A stretch of 64,000 nt of DNA from contig OX597822.1 of the NCBI GenBank assembly GCA_951406725.2, forward strand, positions 93,620,001 to 93,684,000, given 5' to 3'. Shown here piece after piece: positions 51,821 to 64,000 of the stretch (within the stretch, counting starts at the first letter, position 1; each line of letters opens with the position of its first letter). The notes beneath the pieces were generated by a model. That model was not told the origin of the DNA and searched no databases. It was given only the letters and a program-made list of their open reading frames with translations. A program made the position numbers and the translations under genes. The stretch is from Octopus vulgaris (Eukaryota).

Positions 51821-52223
51821 GTCAAGTTATAATGATCGTTACATATTTGTTCCTGTATTAGAGCAAATTTGGCTAATAAAGGAAAATATGTAACGAGCAT
51901 TATTTATAACTTGTCTTATATATCACTCTGTGTAAAAACCAGTTTGTCTGGAGACCAACCACGGATTTATGATATAGTATTGTGATGAACCATAATCTCG
52001 GATCCTGCCATAAGAATATTTGGAGTTCTTCACTCATCTAAACAATATTGTTTGCCCGGTATGCGAACAGGGAGCTTATGAAGTATTTTTTCCGGATTGA
52101 TAATCCCCCACTATTAGCTCTGTTCTGCGTGTGTGTGTGTGTGTGTGTGTACGAGTAAGTGGACAAACGAAAGAAAAGGCACTCGACACATTTAGTAGGA
52201 GTTACGAGTATAATCTAAAATAG

Positions 52224-52372
52224 TTTGATTCGGCTCTATGCAACTTAAAGTTTCGCGGGCTTCTAAGAGAAACGTATCTCCTTCAGGCTTAGATTTCGGT
52301 AATCTAAGCCTGAAAGAGACGAGTTTCTGTTAGAGGGCCACAGAACTATAAGTCGCATAGAGTCGAATCAAA
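52224..52372. repeat. Imperfect fold-back with decayed hammerhead-like cores in both arms
   Basis: TTTGATTCGGCTCTATGCAACTTA..CAGGCTTAGATT-tcggt-AATCTAAGCCTG..TAAGTCGCATAGAGTCGAATCAAA; the minus arm reads CTGAAGG...CGAAACTTTAAGTT. Confidence 0.75.
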
Positions 52373-52397
52373 ATTATTCTAAATAATATATATATAA

Positions 52398-52560
52398 GCG
52401 CAGGAGTGGCTGTGTGGTAAGTAGCTTGCTTACCAACCACATGATTCCGGGTTCAGTCCCACTACGTGGCACCTTGGGCAAGTGTCTTCTACTATAGCCT
52501 CGGCCGACCAAAGCCTTGTGAGTGGATTTGGTAGACGGAAACTGAAAGAAGCCCGTCGTA

Positions 52561-52648
<88 letters not shown>

Positions 52649-52878
52649 TATGTGTGTGTGTGTGTTTGTTTGTGTGTCTGTGTTTGTCCCCCTAGCATTG
52701 CTTGACAACTGATGCTGGTGTGTTTATGTCCCCGTCACTTAGCGGTTCGCAAATGAGACCGATATAATAAGTACTGGGCTTACAAAGAATAAGTCCCGGG
52801 GTCGAGTTGCTCGATTTAAGGCGGTGCTCCAGCATGGCCGCAGTCAAATGACTGAAACAAGTAAAAGAGTAAAAGAGT
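52398..52878 (+). mobile_element. Family A SINE, full length, expanded internal (TA)(TG) microsatellite
   Basis: Near-identical to 45374-45750 apart from microsatellite length and a short indel. Confidence 0.9.
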
Positions 52879-52924
52879 ATATATATATACACTGTATTTA
52901 AAGCAGCAGAAAATTCAACAAAAT

Positions 52925-52962
52925 CTGTTACTCTGAGTTTCTCGTTGCCATTCATCAGACAG
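52925..52962 (-). ncRNA. Minimal hammerhead motif with a weak stem II
   Basis: Minus CTGT-CTGATGA-atggcaacga-GAAACTC-a-GAGTA-ACAG; stems I and III pair. Confidence 0.6.
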
Positions 52963-53000
52963 TTTTTTTCCACCTTGTTTCACATTTATGTGTTTACTCC

Positions 53001-53043
<43 letters not shown>

Positions 53044-53957
53044 AAAATTGCATACATAAATGCATATATACATGCACATTATGTAAATATGTATGTACAT
53101 AATGACTTATATAATGGTGCAACATCAGACATGTTGATACACATTGAAAACGTAACGTCTTACTCCTATTTCATTCTAATAAAGTTTATTGTTTCGAAAT
53201 ATTTTTAAAATAGTATTGTGATCAATATTTATCGAAGCATCGGGGCATTGGCTATAACAGCACATCGCTGCATTCACCATATTTTGGTAATATCCTACTC
53301 TGAGCAGAGGTCACCCTTGCACCACTCGGGCGACAACCTTTCAACTTATAGGTCTGGTTGGACAGTCGTTACAGGTGAGGGTTTTATGAGGCCGAAGCGA
53401 AAATCCTATTTCAACCTTTTTTAGTCACCTTTTACGACACACAGAGGAAACATTGGCTTTACTGGCAGAAACGTTAGCACGCCGGGCGAAATGCGTAGCC
53501 GTATTTCCTCTGTCGTTACGTTCCGAGTTCAAATTTGCCTTTCATCCTTTCAGGGTCGATAAATTAAGTACCAGTTACACACTGGGGGTCGATGTAGTCA
53601 ACTTAATCCCTTTGTCTGTCCTTGTCTGTCCCCTCTGTGTTTAGCCCCTTGTGGGTAGTAAAGAAATATTTATTCTTTGACATGCCACACAGCACATATT
53701 GTGACTGATAAATGTTTTTTCATTCTAAATAAAGATTTTTTTAAAAATCGCGACTCCTCCAAACACCTTGTGCACTCACGGGAGCGCACAACTCCCCCAG
53801 GTATGCACTACTACCCAGGTTACGAACTACTGGAATAGAAAGTGTCAAGGCTCTGTATATAAACAAAACGAATAATTTATATACACACTTTTGAGTAAAA
53901 TCGAACACATACACAAGGTATATGTGTTGTTATAACACACGGTATGTGTTACCTACG

Positions 53958-54083
53958 GCGAGCTGGCAGAATCGATAAATTAAGTACCAGTTACGCACTG
54001 GGGTCGATGTAATCGACTTAATACCTATGTCTGTCCTTTTTTGTCCCCTCTGTGTTTAGCCCCTTGTGGGTAATAAAGAAATA
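53958..54083 (+). mobile_element. Internally deleted family B SINE with a 17-bp flanking duplication
   Basis: GGTATGTGTTACCTACG at 53941-57 and 54084-100; the head is joined to the central domain at TCG. Confidence 0.8.
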
Positions 54084-54360
54084 GGTATGTGTTACCTACG
54101 CATACACAAAGTATGTGTGGATCAGCTGCGGTTTTTAGGCACACGAGAATATATTCCCTATGCGCCTGGTGTAAAAACACCTGAAAGTAAGTCATAGTCA
54201 AGCGACAGACATCGATGTTTCGTCGTTCTTGTGACTAACCAATGCCGCATACCGAACAAGGTCCACTGCAAGCCATATCGCCGATTATGACTACATGCAA
54301 AATGGTTTAAGCACTATCTGCTGATATGTCCCAACGTTTCATGCCAATGGAAACAATCAG

Positions 54361-54479
54361 ATATGAATTAGAGGCAGCTCAAGGTATATAAACAGCCGAC
54401 CCACGAACTAACAACACACAAACCTTGTGTATGTGTGTTCCTCTTTGTTGATATACCTTGAGCTGCTTCAAATTCATAT
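54361..54479. repeat. Short hairpin/fold-back, about 34-bp arms
   Basis: ATATGAATTAGAGGCAGCTCAAGGTATATAAACA ... TGTTGATATACCTTGAGCTGCTTCAAATTCATAT. Confidence 0.8.
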
Positions 54480-54555
54480 TTGAAAGACTTTTGAGTACTT
54501 CTTACAATTCATTTAGTTATAGAGACTATCTATTTCACTTTTTGTTACAGTAAAA

Positions 54556-54774
54556 CAGTGTTTCTCAACCAGTGTTGCACCCGCATAAGCAATTCCATAT
54601 TTAAAAAATCCTGATATATTTTTATAATTAAATATCATTAGGAATTGTATTTTAAAAATTGTTAAAATATTTTGTTTATGGTAGAAATATAACCAATTTA
54701 TTGCAAATAAATTTTTAAAACAGAATCTTATATGGACCCCTAAAAGCCATATCGACTCCAGTTGAGAACCACTG
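54556..54774. mobile_element. hAT (Charlie-like) MITE
   Basis: CAGTGTTTCTCAAC ... GTTGAGAACCACTG; 8-bp flanks CAGTAAAA / CAGAAAAA. Confidence 0.8.
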
Positions 54775-55879
54775 CAGAAAAATACATACTCTGTAGTTAC
54801 GAATTGTAATGATATATCATACAGTTCGTTGGCATGGGTTAACCATATTGTGTATTAACGCCTATGATATGTTATGGTATGGTGTAATGGTATTTCATGG
54901 TATTTAATGGTATCATGCTATTTAGGGTACATTTAAGTCATTCTCGCCCTCCTCTTTCTTTTTATAAATAATTTCAGCCATATCTTACAGATTGGTATGT
55001 GCCACTAGATTTCCCTTCCCCTCTTCTACTGATCCTACTACTACTAGCGTCATGTAATTTTCAGGAGTTGCCGTTTCACTCCAATAGCACTCTCAAAACA
55101 TCATTCTACACTTGCTATGTCATGTTTAAATATCAAACTCTAAATCCCCACTCACTGTCCAACCCTTCGTCAATCTGTTTGTCTGTCTACCATCTAAGCT
55201 GTCTTTTTATAAAGTCTCTACTTAATCATATAGTTAAGTGCTACAGAATGGAGGTTAGCAACCCAGCGAAATTCCGATTGCAGTTTTAAGTCATTTAACC
55301 TCACTTATATCCCTAATACCTTACAAGAAACATGAGAACAAATTGTGGATTGAATGTACCTCAGTATATGACTGGTACTTGTGTTATAGGTAGTTGAATA
55401 GAAGAGTTCATTCAGTGGGATTTTTGTCTTATAACATTGAGTACCATGAGCAAATACAGCATTGCATTTTGTCTATTGCTCTACCGAGTACCCCCATTCC
55501 TCGTCCTACTATTTCATTTACTATTGGTGTATTACATGATCACTACAGAGGATGAGGTAGAAATAAGCTCAAGATCTCAGCAAGCCGATACTGTTTCCTT
55601 GTGTGATGAAATTGATGCAGGATGAGGCAAAAACAAACTCCCACATTTTACAGCTTAATCAATCTTTCAAAAACAAACGCAGTCTCAAATCATCATGATA
55701 ACTAGTTTAAAAAAAACTCCAGTAAAGCAGTAACATGAAGACACCACTTGCCTAATTGCGCAAACATCACGCTGATGGGACGTTTTTCTGCCGCACTCTA
55801 TACTTTTGGAAAATTGTATGAATGTCCATCTTGCTTAAGATACAATTGTATTATCTGGGTCCTGGGCAAAACAGAAATC

Positions 55880-55956
<77 letters not shown>

Positions 55957-55978
55957 TAATAATAAATAATAATAATAA

Positions 55979-56453
55979 GTCTTGGTATAAAAGATGGGCT
56001 ACAGCAAATATTCTGCTCAATACCACAGATTTGCTTGTCAGTTGTTTGACCTTAACCAGTTGAGCATGTCCCTTAGTGGCTGACGATATGTGCATCTCTG
56101 ATCACGAGCAGAAGTAGTGGAGGAGCATCATAGCCATGTGTTGAGAGGGATTCTTTGGGGTTTGAATAATTCACCTCTGGAAACATGGGTGTTTCGTTCA
56201 ACATCCTTAAACAACCCTTATTCAGGGACCTTTTGAGCGAGATGGGTTACACGACCTGAATAAAATTCTAACTGGGCCCCACCTGCAAGGTCATGTGTCG
56301 TTTCTCTTGATATGAGATCACCATGTCATGCACATACGGTTGTGATGCATGTGCCTAGTGTACCCTTATCAGACGGGTAGTCATGATGGGTATAATGGGC
56401 TTCGTATATTTTACCCCAGTGTCACTTTGATGGCATGCACTGCTCTCTCACTC
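55979..56453 (+). mobile_element. Non-coding (TAA)n-embedded retroposon, longer copy
   Basis: 475 bp between (AAT)n arrays; its 3' 335 bp match 23823-24157; ends CTCTCTCACTC-AATAAT. Confidence 0.75.
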
Positions 56454-56900
<447 letters not shown>

Positions 56901-57607
56901 AAATATATTCTGCTAATCCTTTTGACATCACCTCCTTTCCCGAGACCAACCTTAATACTATATTAAAACTTTCTCACTTAAACTTTTTTACTTGTCCAAG
57001 TATTTACATAAGTTTGTCCAAAAGTTCCCTCCTTCTTTTCAGATTTTAATTAGCCTTTTGTTTCATACGTTCCATGTAATATAAAGCTTTCCTTTCTTAA
57101 GTCCCAAGTTACTCCAGTGGTTGGGAGAATTTGGTAAAAATTGATGTAGCATATATGACGCATGAACGCCAGGGAAATATGTCCTGTGTATCACGATGGA
57201 CGGTTTAATGATGTGTTTCTGCGTGCGCACACGGATGCGCACGCACACGGATGCGCACGCACACGGATGCGCACGCACACACGCACGCACACACGCACGC
57301 ACACACATACACGCACACACTCATACACACATATATACGACAGGCTTTTTTAGTTTTCGTCTATCAAATCCATTCACAAGGCTTTGGTCGACGCGAAGCT
57401 ATAGTGGAAGACACTTGCCCAAGATGCTATGCAGTAGGATTGAACCCAGAACCAAGCGGTTGGGAAGCAAACGTTTCACCGCACAGCTACGCCTGTGCAT
57501 ATACATACATACGTATATACATGTATGCACAAGCACATACATAAATACATACATACATACACACACACACATACATACATACATACATACATACATACAT
57601 ACATACA

Positions 57608-57640
<33 letters not shown>

Positions 57641-57659
57641 GTTTATATTTACATTTATA

Positions 57660-58838
57660 TCTACTACATATGTGGAAAATCGGTGTGTGTTTGTTTGTGG
57701 CATGGTTAACCCTCCTACATCGTTTTATTGATTTTGATGAAACTTGACACGTGAGTAGAACTCGTGTCTGGAAACCGCGTGACATACTTAGATTATTGAA
57801 AACAATCGATAATACGGCCCCTTTATATCTACCTCATATAACTATTATATTTTTTAAACACCCGAGGGAAATTACCCATAGCACCTGTTCAATATATTTT
57901 TTAAACACTCAAGGGAGATAACCCATTTCATTGTTTATGCTCGATTACTTTGAATATTGATTTTTTGTGTGTCCTATTTCTAATTTTTGCAGACAATATC
58001 ACTTTTATACTTTATTTGACACGTGAGTAGAACTCATGTCTGGAAACCATGTGACATACTTAGATTGTTGGAAAAAATTCGATAATAGGGCTCTTGCAAT
58101 GGATCCTTCTATCTACTACATATTACTAATATTTTATTGAAACAACCCAAGGTAAATAACTCATACCACCTACAGATTTTAGCGAAGCGATCAATATTTG
58201 ATTCTCACGATCAGCCGACCTAATTCTGCATTTCACTACTCACAGTTTTGAACTGCTAAATATTATTATTGCACTTGCTTAATTTGAATCTTAAACTTTA
58301 AAGACTTCATCCATACATTTCTATGCATACATACTTTTTTGAATGCCCATTACTCCGATAATTCTGTATGTTTACAGTTAAACTTTTTCCATGACAGTAG
58401 ATAATTTTTTTTATTCCACAACGTATTTGTAGTGGTTTCATGCAGGCATAGCGTGGATTTGATCTTCGATTGCCAAATTTCACTTAACACTTCAACAGTG
58501 CTTTTCTCACGATAAAACAATAGTTTTTTTTCTGTGAATGACAGCGGTTATACATTTCCCAGATGCCTTCGCTAAGCAGAATAATGTTTTTGCCTCTCCC
58601 CAACCTCCGACAATCTCTCTCACCAACCTCCGACAATCTTCCTCGCCAACCTCCGGAAACCTCTCTCGCCAACCTCCAACAATCTCTCCCTCCTCCAGCT
58701 GACAGTTCTTTGTACTTTTTCATGACGGAAAATACACCTTTTGTGGTAGTTATAACGAAATTGCTTTCTTATATCAGAGTAATAAGGCGTTTCAATTGAA
58801 AATCTTTACCCCCGGGAATTACCGGGTACACCAGCTTG
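57660..58838 (+). mobile_element. Non-autonomous Helitron-like element with internal duplications
   Basis: A|TCTACTAC start, GATTTTGATGAAACTTGACAC motif shared with the 1556 element, duplicated block ~57745/58016, CCAACCTCCGACAATCT minisatellite 58600-58690, 3' hairpin CCCGGGAATTACCGGG then CAGCTTG|T. Confidence 0.6.
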
Positions 58839-59001
58839 TATATGCATACAAGTATATCACACGTGATACACAGAACAGACAACGTGTTAAAAGTGATCTG
58901 AATGAAAACTGTCCCTCAAACATTTCACATTAATTTATGTCTGATTAATCTCATTATTTTCAGAATTACTTGAAATAAAGGCATTGTATTTTAACATACA
59001 T

Positions 59002-59192
59002 CACTTTGATCACTTTGACCGACCAGTCCGTCAGGCGTCCATTTGACACCGCTGGTCACAGCACGCTGTCCACTCCTCTCTGGATCGCGCCTTGCTCATC
59101 CACGTGATCCCAATCGTCCTTCTGAAATCGTAATTCCACCGTCGTGGAGGTCTTCCGGGTGGTCTTTTCCGCTCACGCGGGTACCACTCGAC
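59002..59192 (-). mobile_element. RTE LINE extreme 3' end with TSD
   Basis: Minus VEWYPRERKRPPGRPPRRW..ITWMSKARSREEW, tail CAAAGTGAT repeats; AACATACAT at 58993-59001 and 59193-59201. Confidence 0.85.
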
Positions 59193-59683
59193 AACATACA
59201 TATAATAACAAAATGGTTAAACAAAACTGTTTCAAACAGACGGACTAACATTCCACACGTTTTCGACTGCCCGTACCTGAAATTACTCTAATACAAGTAT
59301 CCGGACGAGATCTCTTATCCCTCCAGAAATTACTCAGCTAATGTTTAGACTGAACATAAACCACTTCAGTGTCGCTAGTCTCAAAGGTACTGGGCATTGC
59401 CCTTCTAAGATGCGAGTGGAATTTATTACCCCACACACACACACACACACACGCATAATTCGGTTTTCGTGCCTCTGATACCACAAATTCTCTGATATGT
59501 CTATTATAAGTTTTATAGCATTTCCAGTTAGTGTTTTGGTTGGTTTTGTAATTAAATATACACTGTGCCCACATGATGTACTATAGAAAACTAGTGCTGT
59601 CAGCATATTGTATGCCTGAGTGTGCGAACTAACATTCCTACATGTATGTATATGTACATGTGTGTACATACATATATATTTAT

Positions 59684-59730
<47 letters not shown>

Positions 59731-59843
59731 CGTTTACATGTATATACATATAAATGTGTGTGTGAGCGTATATATATATACGTTTACATGTATATACATA
59801 TAAACGTATGTGTGTCTATGTGTATGTACATGTGTGTGTATAC

Positions 59844-59984
<141 letters not shown>

Positions 59985-59999
59985 CATATAGTAATATCT

Positions 60000-60378
60000 T
60001 TTAACCACCAAGCGTTGAAGTGCATCTCTTGACCAAGTTTGCATACATGAGGCTGATAACATCATAAGACTCGGAAGGCAGTTCCTTGAGCAGCAAAATT
60101 CTTTGTCTGATAACCTAGAATACATGTCCAGAGAAGTTGCATGACTCTACCATAACGTATCATCAGATGAAAGGATGAGCCTATATGAGCAGAAGACTAT
60201 GCATGTATATATTAGTAGAAAGCTCTGTGACGATAGTAACATCGATCATCAAAGCAGTTTATCATGGACGAATAGCCGGATTACTACCTCCCACTTTGAA
60301 GAGTATGCGTTTGCAATCCAGGAACAGGAAATGTCAACCAAGTATCTGATGCACAAAAGGGACAAAGATGCAAGTGCC
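60000..60378 (+). mobile_element. R4/Dong-type LINE fragment
   Basis: MSLYEQKTMHVYISRKL..SHFEEYAFAIQEQEMSTKYL; same family as 8695-9020. Confidence 0.7.
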
Positions 60379-60384
60379 TGATGC

Positions 60385-61175
60385 AAAAAAGGCCAACAAA
60401 AGTAAGTGACAAAGTCGAAGAGCGTAAAGGGGAACCGTTACCAACAACCAGCAAGGAGGAGAAAGTATAGAAGAAAAAGGAAGATGAAAGAGAAAGGATA
60501 ACAACAAAGAATGAGAGACATACAGAGATAGAAATACCAGCAACCGTAGAAGAGATTGGTGAAGAAAAACGGACAGTGATACCGAAAGGAAAACACTTAA
60601 GAAATATGATACAATACACTCGACACTCAAGAAAGTGTAGAGATAGAAAAAAGATAGAGAAAATGAAGAACGTAATCAGAGTTAAATTGTCACCCAATGA
60701 GAACAATGTAGGTTTGAAAGCTATTCTGTTGGAAAGAGAGAGGAGAACGGTTAAAGGAATTGTTTGGTGAAAAATTAGAAGTGACACCGGTACGGTTTTG
60801 TTTTGATGAACTGCCACCGCTGGAGGCATTCAAAGATATAACGAGGTATTTGGAGTAAATGAGGGTAAGCGAGAAAATTAAGAACTGAATAATTAATGAC
60901 TTTGTGTAATTTCTTTTTTTTTTTTTTTTTAAAAAAAAGGAAAAACCAACAGATACAAGACAGATATTGAACTGTTAGTAAAATGTCATATAAAAACGGT
61001 AAAATGAAACTGCCTGCTTATGGAGGGCAGGTAAATCATTCTACCCTCATTTTTCATTGTATCCATAATCTCATACGATATGTGTTTTTATGTACCCCCT
61101 TGTATTGTTTTGTCTGTTTTTGTGTTGTCCCATCTTTATAGAGATTTTGTGCCTAATAAAAGAAATCAGGACGTT
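60385..61175 (+). mobile_element. 5'-truncated copy of a Tx1-like ORF1-only element
   Basis: Aligns by eye to ~62400-63063 (GKHLRNMIQY / GKQLRTMIQY; shared 3' UTR ending AGAAATCAGGACGTT). Confidence 0.6.
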
Positions 61176-63063
61176 GTGTTATATCGAGTCATTTGATTCC
61201 GTGTTCCATTTGATGTGTGTTCGCTTCATGTAAGCCTTGTTATTGTTTAATTGTTGAAGGTCTACCGCACCTAATTGTTATATAACAGAATTGGTGAATT
61301 TATTGTTACCTGAATTTTTATTTTTATTCCCCATTTATGGGTGAAGTTGTGGATAATATCGTTATGGAATGTCACCCAGTTCCAGCAGGTAGTTACGCTG
61401 CAGTGACTAGGAATAATCTAACAGCAAATATACTGCAAGTTAGGGAAATTCAACTGGAAGAAACAAATTTCAAGAAGTACAATGAACTATTCAGAAAGGA
61501 AGGAGACAGTCTGAGGCTGACGCCACCTAAGGAAGTTATTGAAAAGACAGAGAGAAGGACAATAATATACAGAACGCTGTCTATTGCAACAAAAAAAGTT
61601 GAAATAGCAGTAGTAGAGGCAGTTGAGAGAAGTCAAAGATCTAACGACATACTACACCAGAGGAAAGAAATACGGCACAGTGGAGATACGCTTCGCGAGC
61701 GAACGAGAAGCATTAAAACGCTCCACTGTGCCTTTGAGATCAGCAAAGTGGGTACTACTACCAACCTACTTTGGAAAACGTGCGGCCAGAGTGAGGATTG
61801 GTAGAGTACCCCCAGAAATTGACGAGGCGTGGCTGCCACCAGCCACCCTCTATAATACAGAAGAGGACACCAAAATACTGAAAACTACAAGAACTACGTA
61901 GGTAAACTAATGGAAATACGGACTTGAGGCGTCGGTTCACATCCGTTTACCAGATCTTCACGAAATTGCAGAGGAATTGGTGCTGCCGGATGACACGAAG
62001 CTGAGAGTTGTAAGGAAGGAAGACTTCTCGTAAGCTATCAATGTGGAGTAAAGGGACACATGAAAGCTAAGTGCCCCCAGAAACACGAAGAGAATGTGAC
62101 GGAGATGAAACAGCACGAAGAGGTAGACGTGCAATGCATAGAGGAGCAGAGGCCAGTGGAAAATATGGAAGAAAGATGCACAGTGGTGAAGAGGAAGAAA
62201 AGACAAGAAAACATAAACTCACTACCAAAGAGTCCCATGAAGAAAAGAAAAGGAAGTGTAGAGGAGAGACAAGGGTTACCAAAAGGAGGAAAAGCGAACG
62301 GGCAGAAAAGAAACGAGATGTCGGCAAAATTGAGCGAGACAGACGAAGAGAGAAAACAGAGAGCGATGCCAGCAATTAGCACAGAGGCAAAAGTAAAAGG
62401 ACAGAGAAAAAAACGAAGATAGAAATGAAATGACAACAACATCGAGCGAGAGACAAGCGGAGAAGAAAGAGATGGAAACATCAGCAACAGCAGAAGAGAT
62501 TAGTGATGGAAATCAGAAAGTAACACTGAAGGGAAAACAATTAAGAACTATGATACAGTACAGAAAAAAAATGTAGAAATTGAAAAAAAGATCACGAAAA
62601 TGAAAACTGTAAATAGGGTGAAATTAGCGCCTAAACCGTGCAATGAAAGATTTAAAGTGGTCTTGCTTGTAAGAGAGAGAGAGGTGAAAGGTTGAAGGAA
62701 CTATTCGGGGAAATGATAGAGATATGACCGTTACAGTTTCGATTCAATGAGTTGCCACCGGTGGACAAAATGGACATAATGGAATATCTAATATAAAGGA
62801 AAGTAAGTGAGACATTTAAAATTTTAAAATAAGGACTTTTTCAAAAAATTATGGAAAAAAGGAATAATGAACTATGTGATACATAAACAGTAAAATGGAA
62901 CTGTCTACTTGTGGGGGGGGGGCAGGTAAGCCATTTCATCTCATTTATCATTTATTCATAATTTCATCTGTCATGTTTTGTGTACCCCACTGTATTGCTT
63001 TGTCTGTCGTATTGTCCCATTTTTATCAGAGGCCTTGTGTCTAATAGAAGAAATCAGGACGTT
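61176..63063 (+). mobile_element. Tx1/L1-like ORF1-only (half-LINE) element, ORF disrupted
   Basis: ORFs 61337, 61623 and 62060 give an RRM-like GKKYGTVEIRF..RVRIGRVPPEIDEAWL, zinc knuckle YQCGVKGHMKAKCP and a charged tail, then UTR and poly(A)-signal-like sequence; no endonuclease or RT sequence seen. Confidence 0.6.
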
Positions 63064-63271
63064 AGTGTTGCCCCGGCGGAGGTTTGCGCTCTCTGAGTGC
63101 TCTTGTTATTATTATTATTATCATTATTGAATACAAAATCGTGTCGGCGAGCTGAGAGAATTGTTAGTACGCCGGGCAAAATGCTTAGCGGCTTTCCGTC
63201 TTTACGTTCTGAGTTCGAATTCCGCCGAGGTCAACTTTGCCTTTCATCCTTTCGGGGTCAATAAAATAAGG

Positions 63272-63692
63272 GGATCTTTTCGGTTTGAACGGCAGTTTTT
63301 TAAAATAATTTCCACGTAACTAAACACTTTTAAACTTCGTATACTGGTAGAATGTGTTTATAAAACACCTTTTTCTCTTGGCTTTATTGAGAAAATTCTA
63401 TAGTTTGTAAGATATTTGTTGTTGTTTTTCTTCAATTTCTGCAATTTCAACCAATCAATGCCGTCTATTGAGGTGAAAACATTCTTGCCGAATGAATATG
63501 TCCCTCGTTTAAGAAACAGATTGGGTTTATTTACATTTCTGAAGAAAAAAGATACCCTTCCCCCCACCCTTAACCCTAACCCTAACCCTAAAACAGATTG
63601 AAATGCAATAGATCGATACTAGAGTCATAATTATGGGTGAAAATTTCATATGACACCTCTAGAAAAAACTGCCGTTCAAACCAAAAAGATCC
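63272..63692 (+). mobile_element. MITE with GG-start TIRs, 8-bp TSD and (CCCTAA)n, inserted in a family B SINE
   Basis: TSD AAATAAGG at 63264-71 and 63693-700; the host SINE spans ~63146-63780. Confidence 0.92.
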
Positions 63693-64000
63693 AAATAAGG
63701 CACCAGTTGAGCTCTGGAGTCAATGTAATCGACCTATCCCTTCCCCCTAAATTGTTGGCCTTGTGCCAAAATTTGAAACTATTATTAAATAGAAAATTAA
63801 GTTGTATATTTAGAAAGTTAGATAATTAAACAAAATGCATAATGCATCTATTTACTGTATTTTGGAAAATAAGAAAACAGAAGCCAATGCAAAACAAAAA
63901 CGAGAAAATGAGAACTAGAATCCGCTTAGAAATATAAAAACTCATTTCGCCATTTTTGTTACCATGTCACTTTTGAAGTACACTTTTTTTTTTGTTTCAA

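Overview
Eukaryotic, AT-rich, extremely repeat-dense animal DNA. The SINE types, microsatellite load and transposon mix suggest a coleoid cephalopod such as Octopus (inference from pattern recall, not from a search). The only host coding sequence I can support is the terminal coding exon of a Wnt4 gene (38800-39267, + strand, AG acceptor at 38798-38799). I found no upstream Wnt4 exon by eye, so the first ~38.8 kb is probably one very large intron. The rest is a mosaic of: tRNA-derived SINEs (3-4 families); decayed LINEs (R4/Dong-type RLE elements inside (TAA)n arrays, RTE, Tx1/L1); two sister mariner copies; MITEs of Tc1/mariner, piggyBac, hAT and a GG-ended 8-bp-TSD family with internal (CCCTAA)n; two Helitron-like elements; and long microsatellites. 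Most ORFs in the supplied track are microsatellite artefacts. The most interesting unannotated signal is a set of about ten intact or decayed minimal hammerhead-ribozyme motifs of the Penelope-like/retrozyme kind. Several sit in fold-back inverted repeats or next to (TA)n tracts, including an inverted pair and a family with a CCGACGA core variant. Also notable are a non-coding (TAA)n-embedded retroposon, a tandem ORF1-only Tx1-like element, and a CpG-rich motif/structure island at 6.2-6.9 kb. All coordinates and pairings were read by eye; no database searches or folding programs were run.
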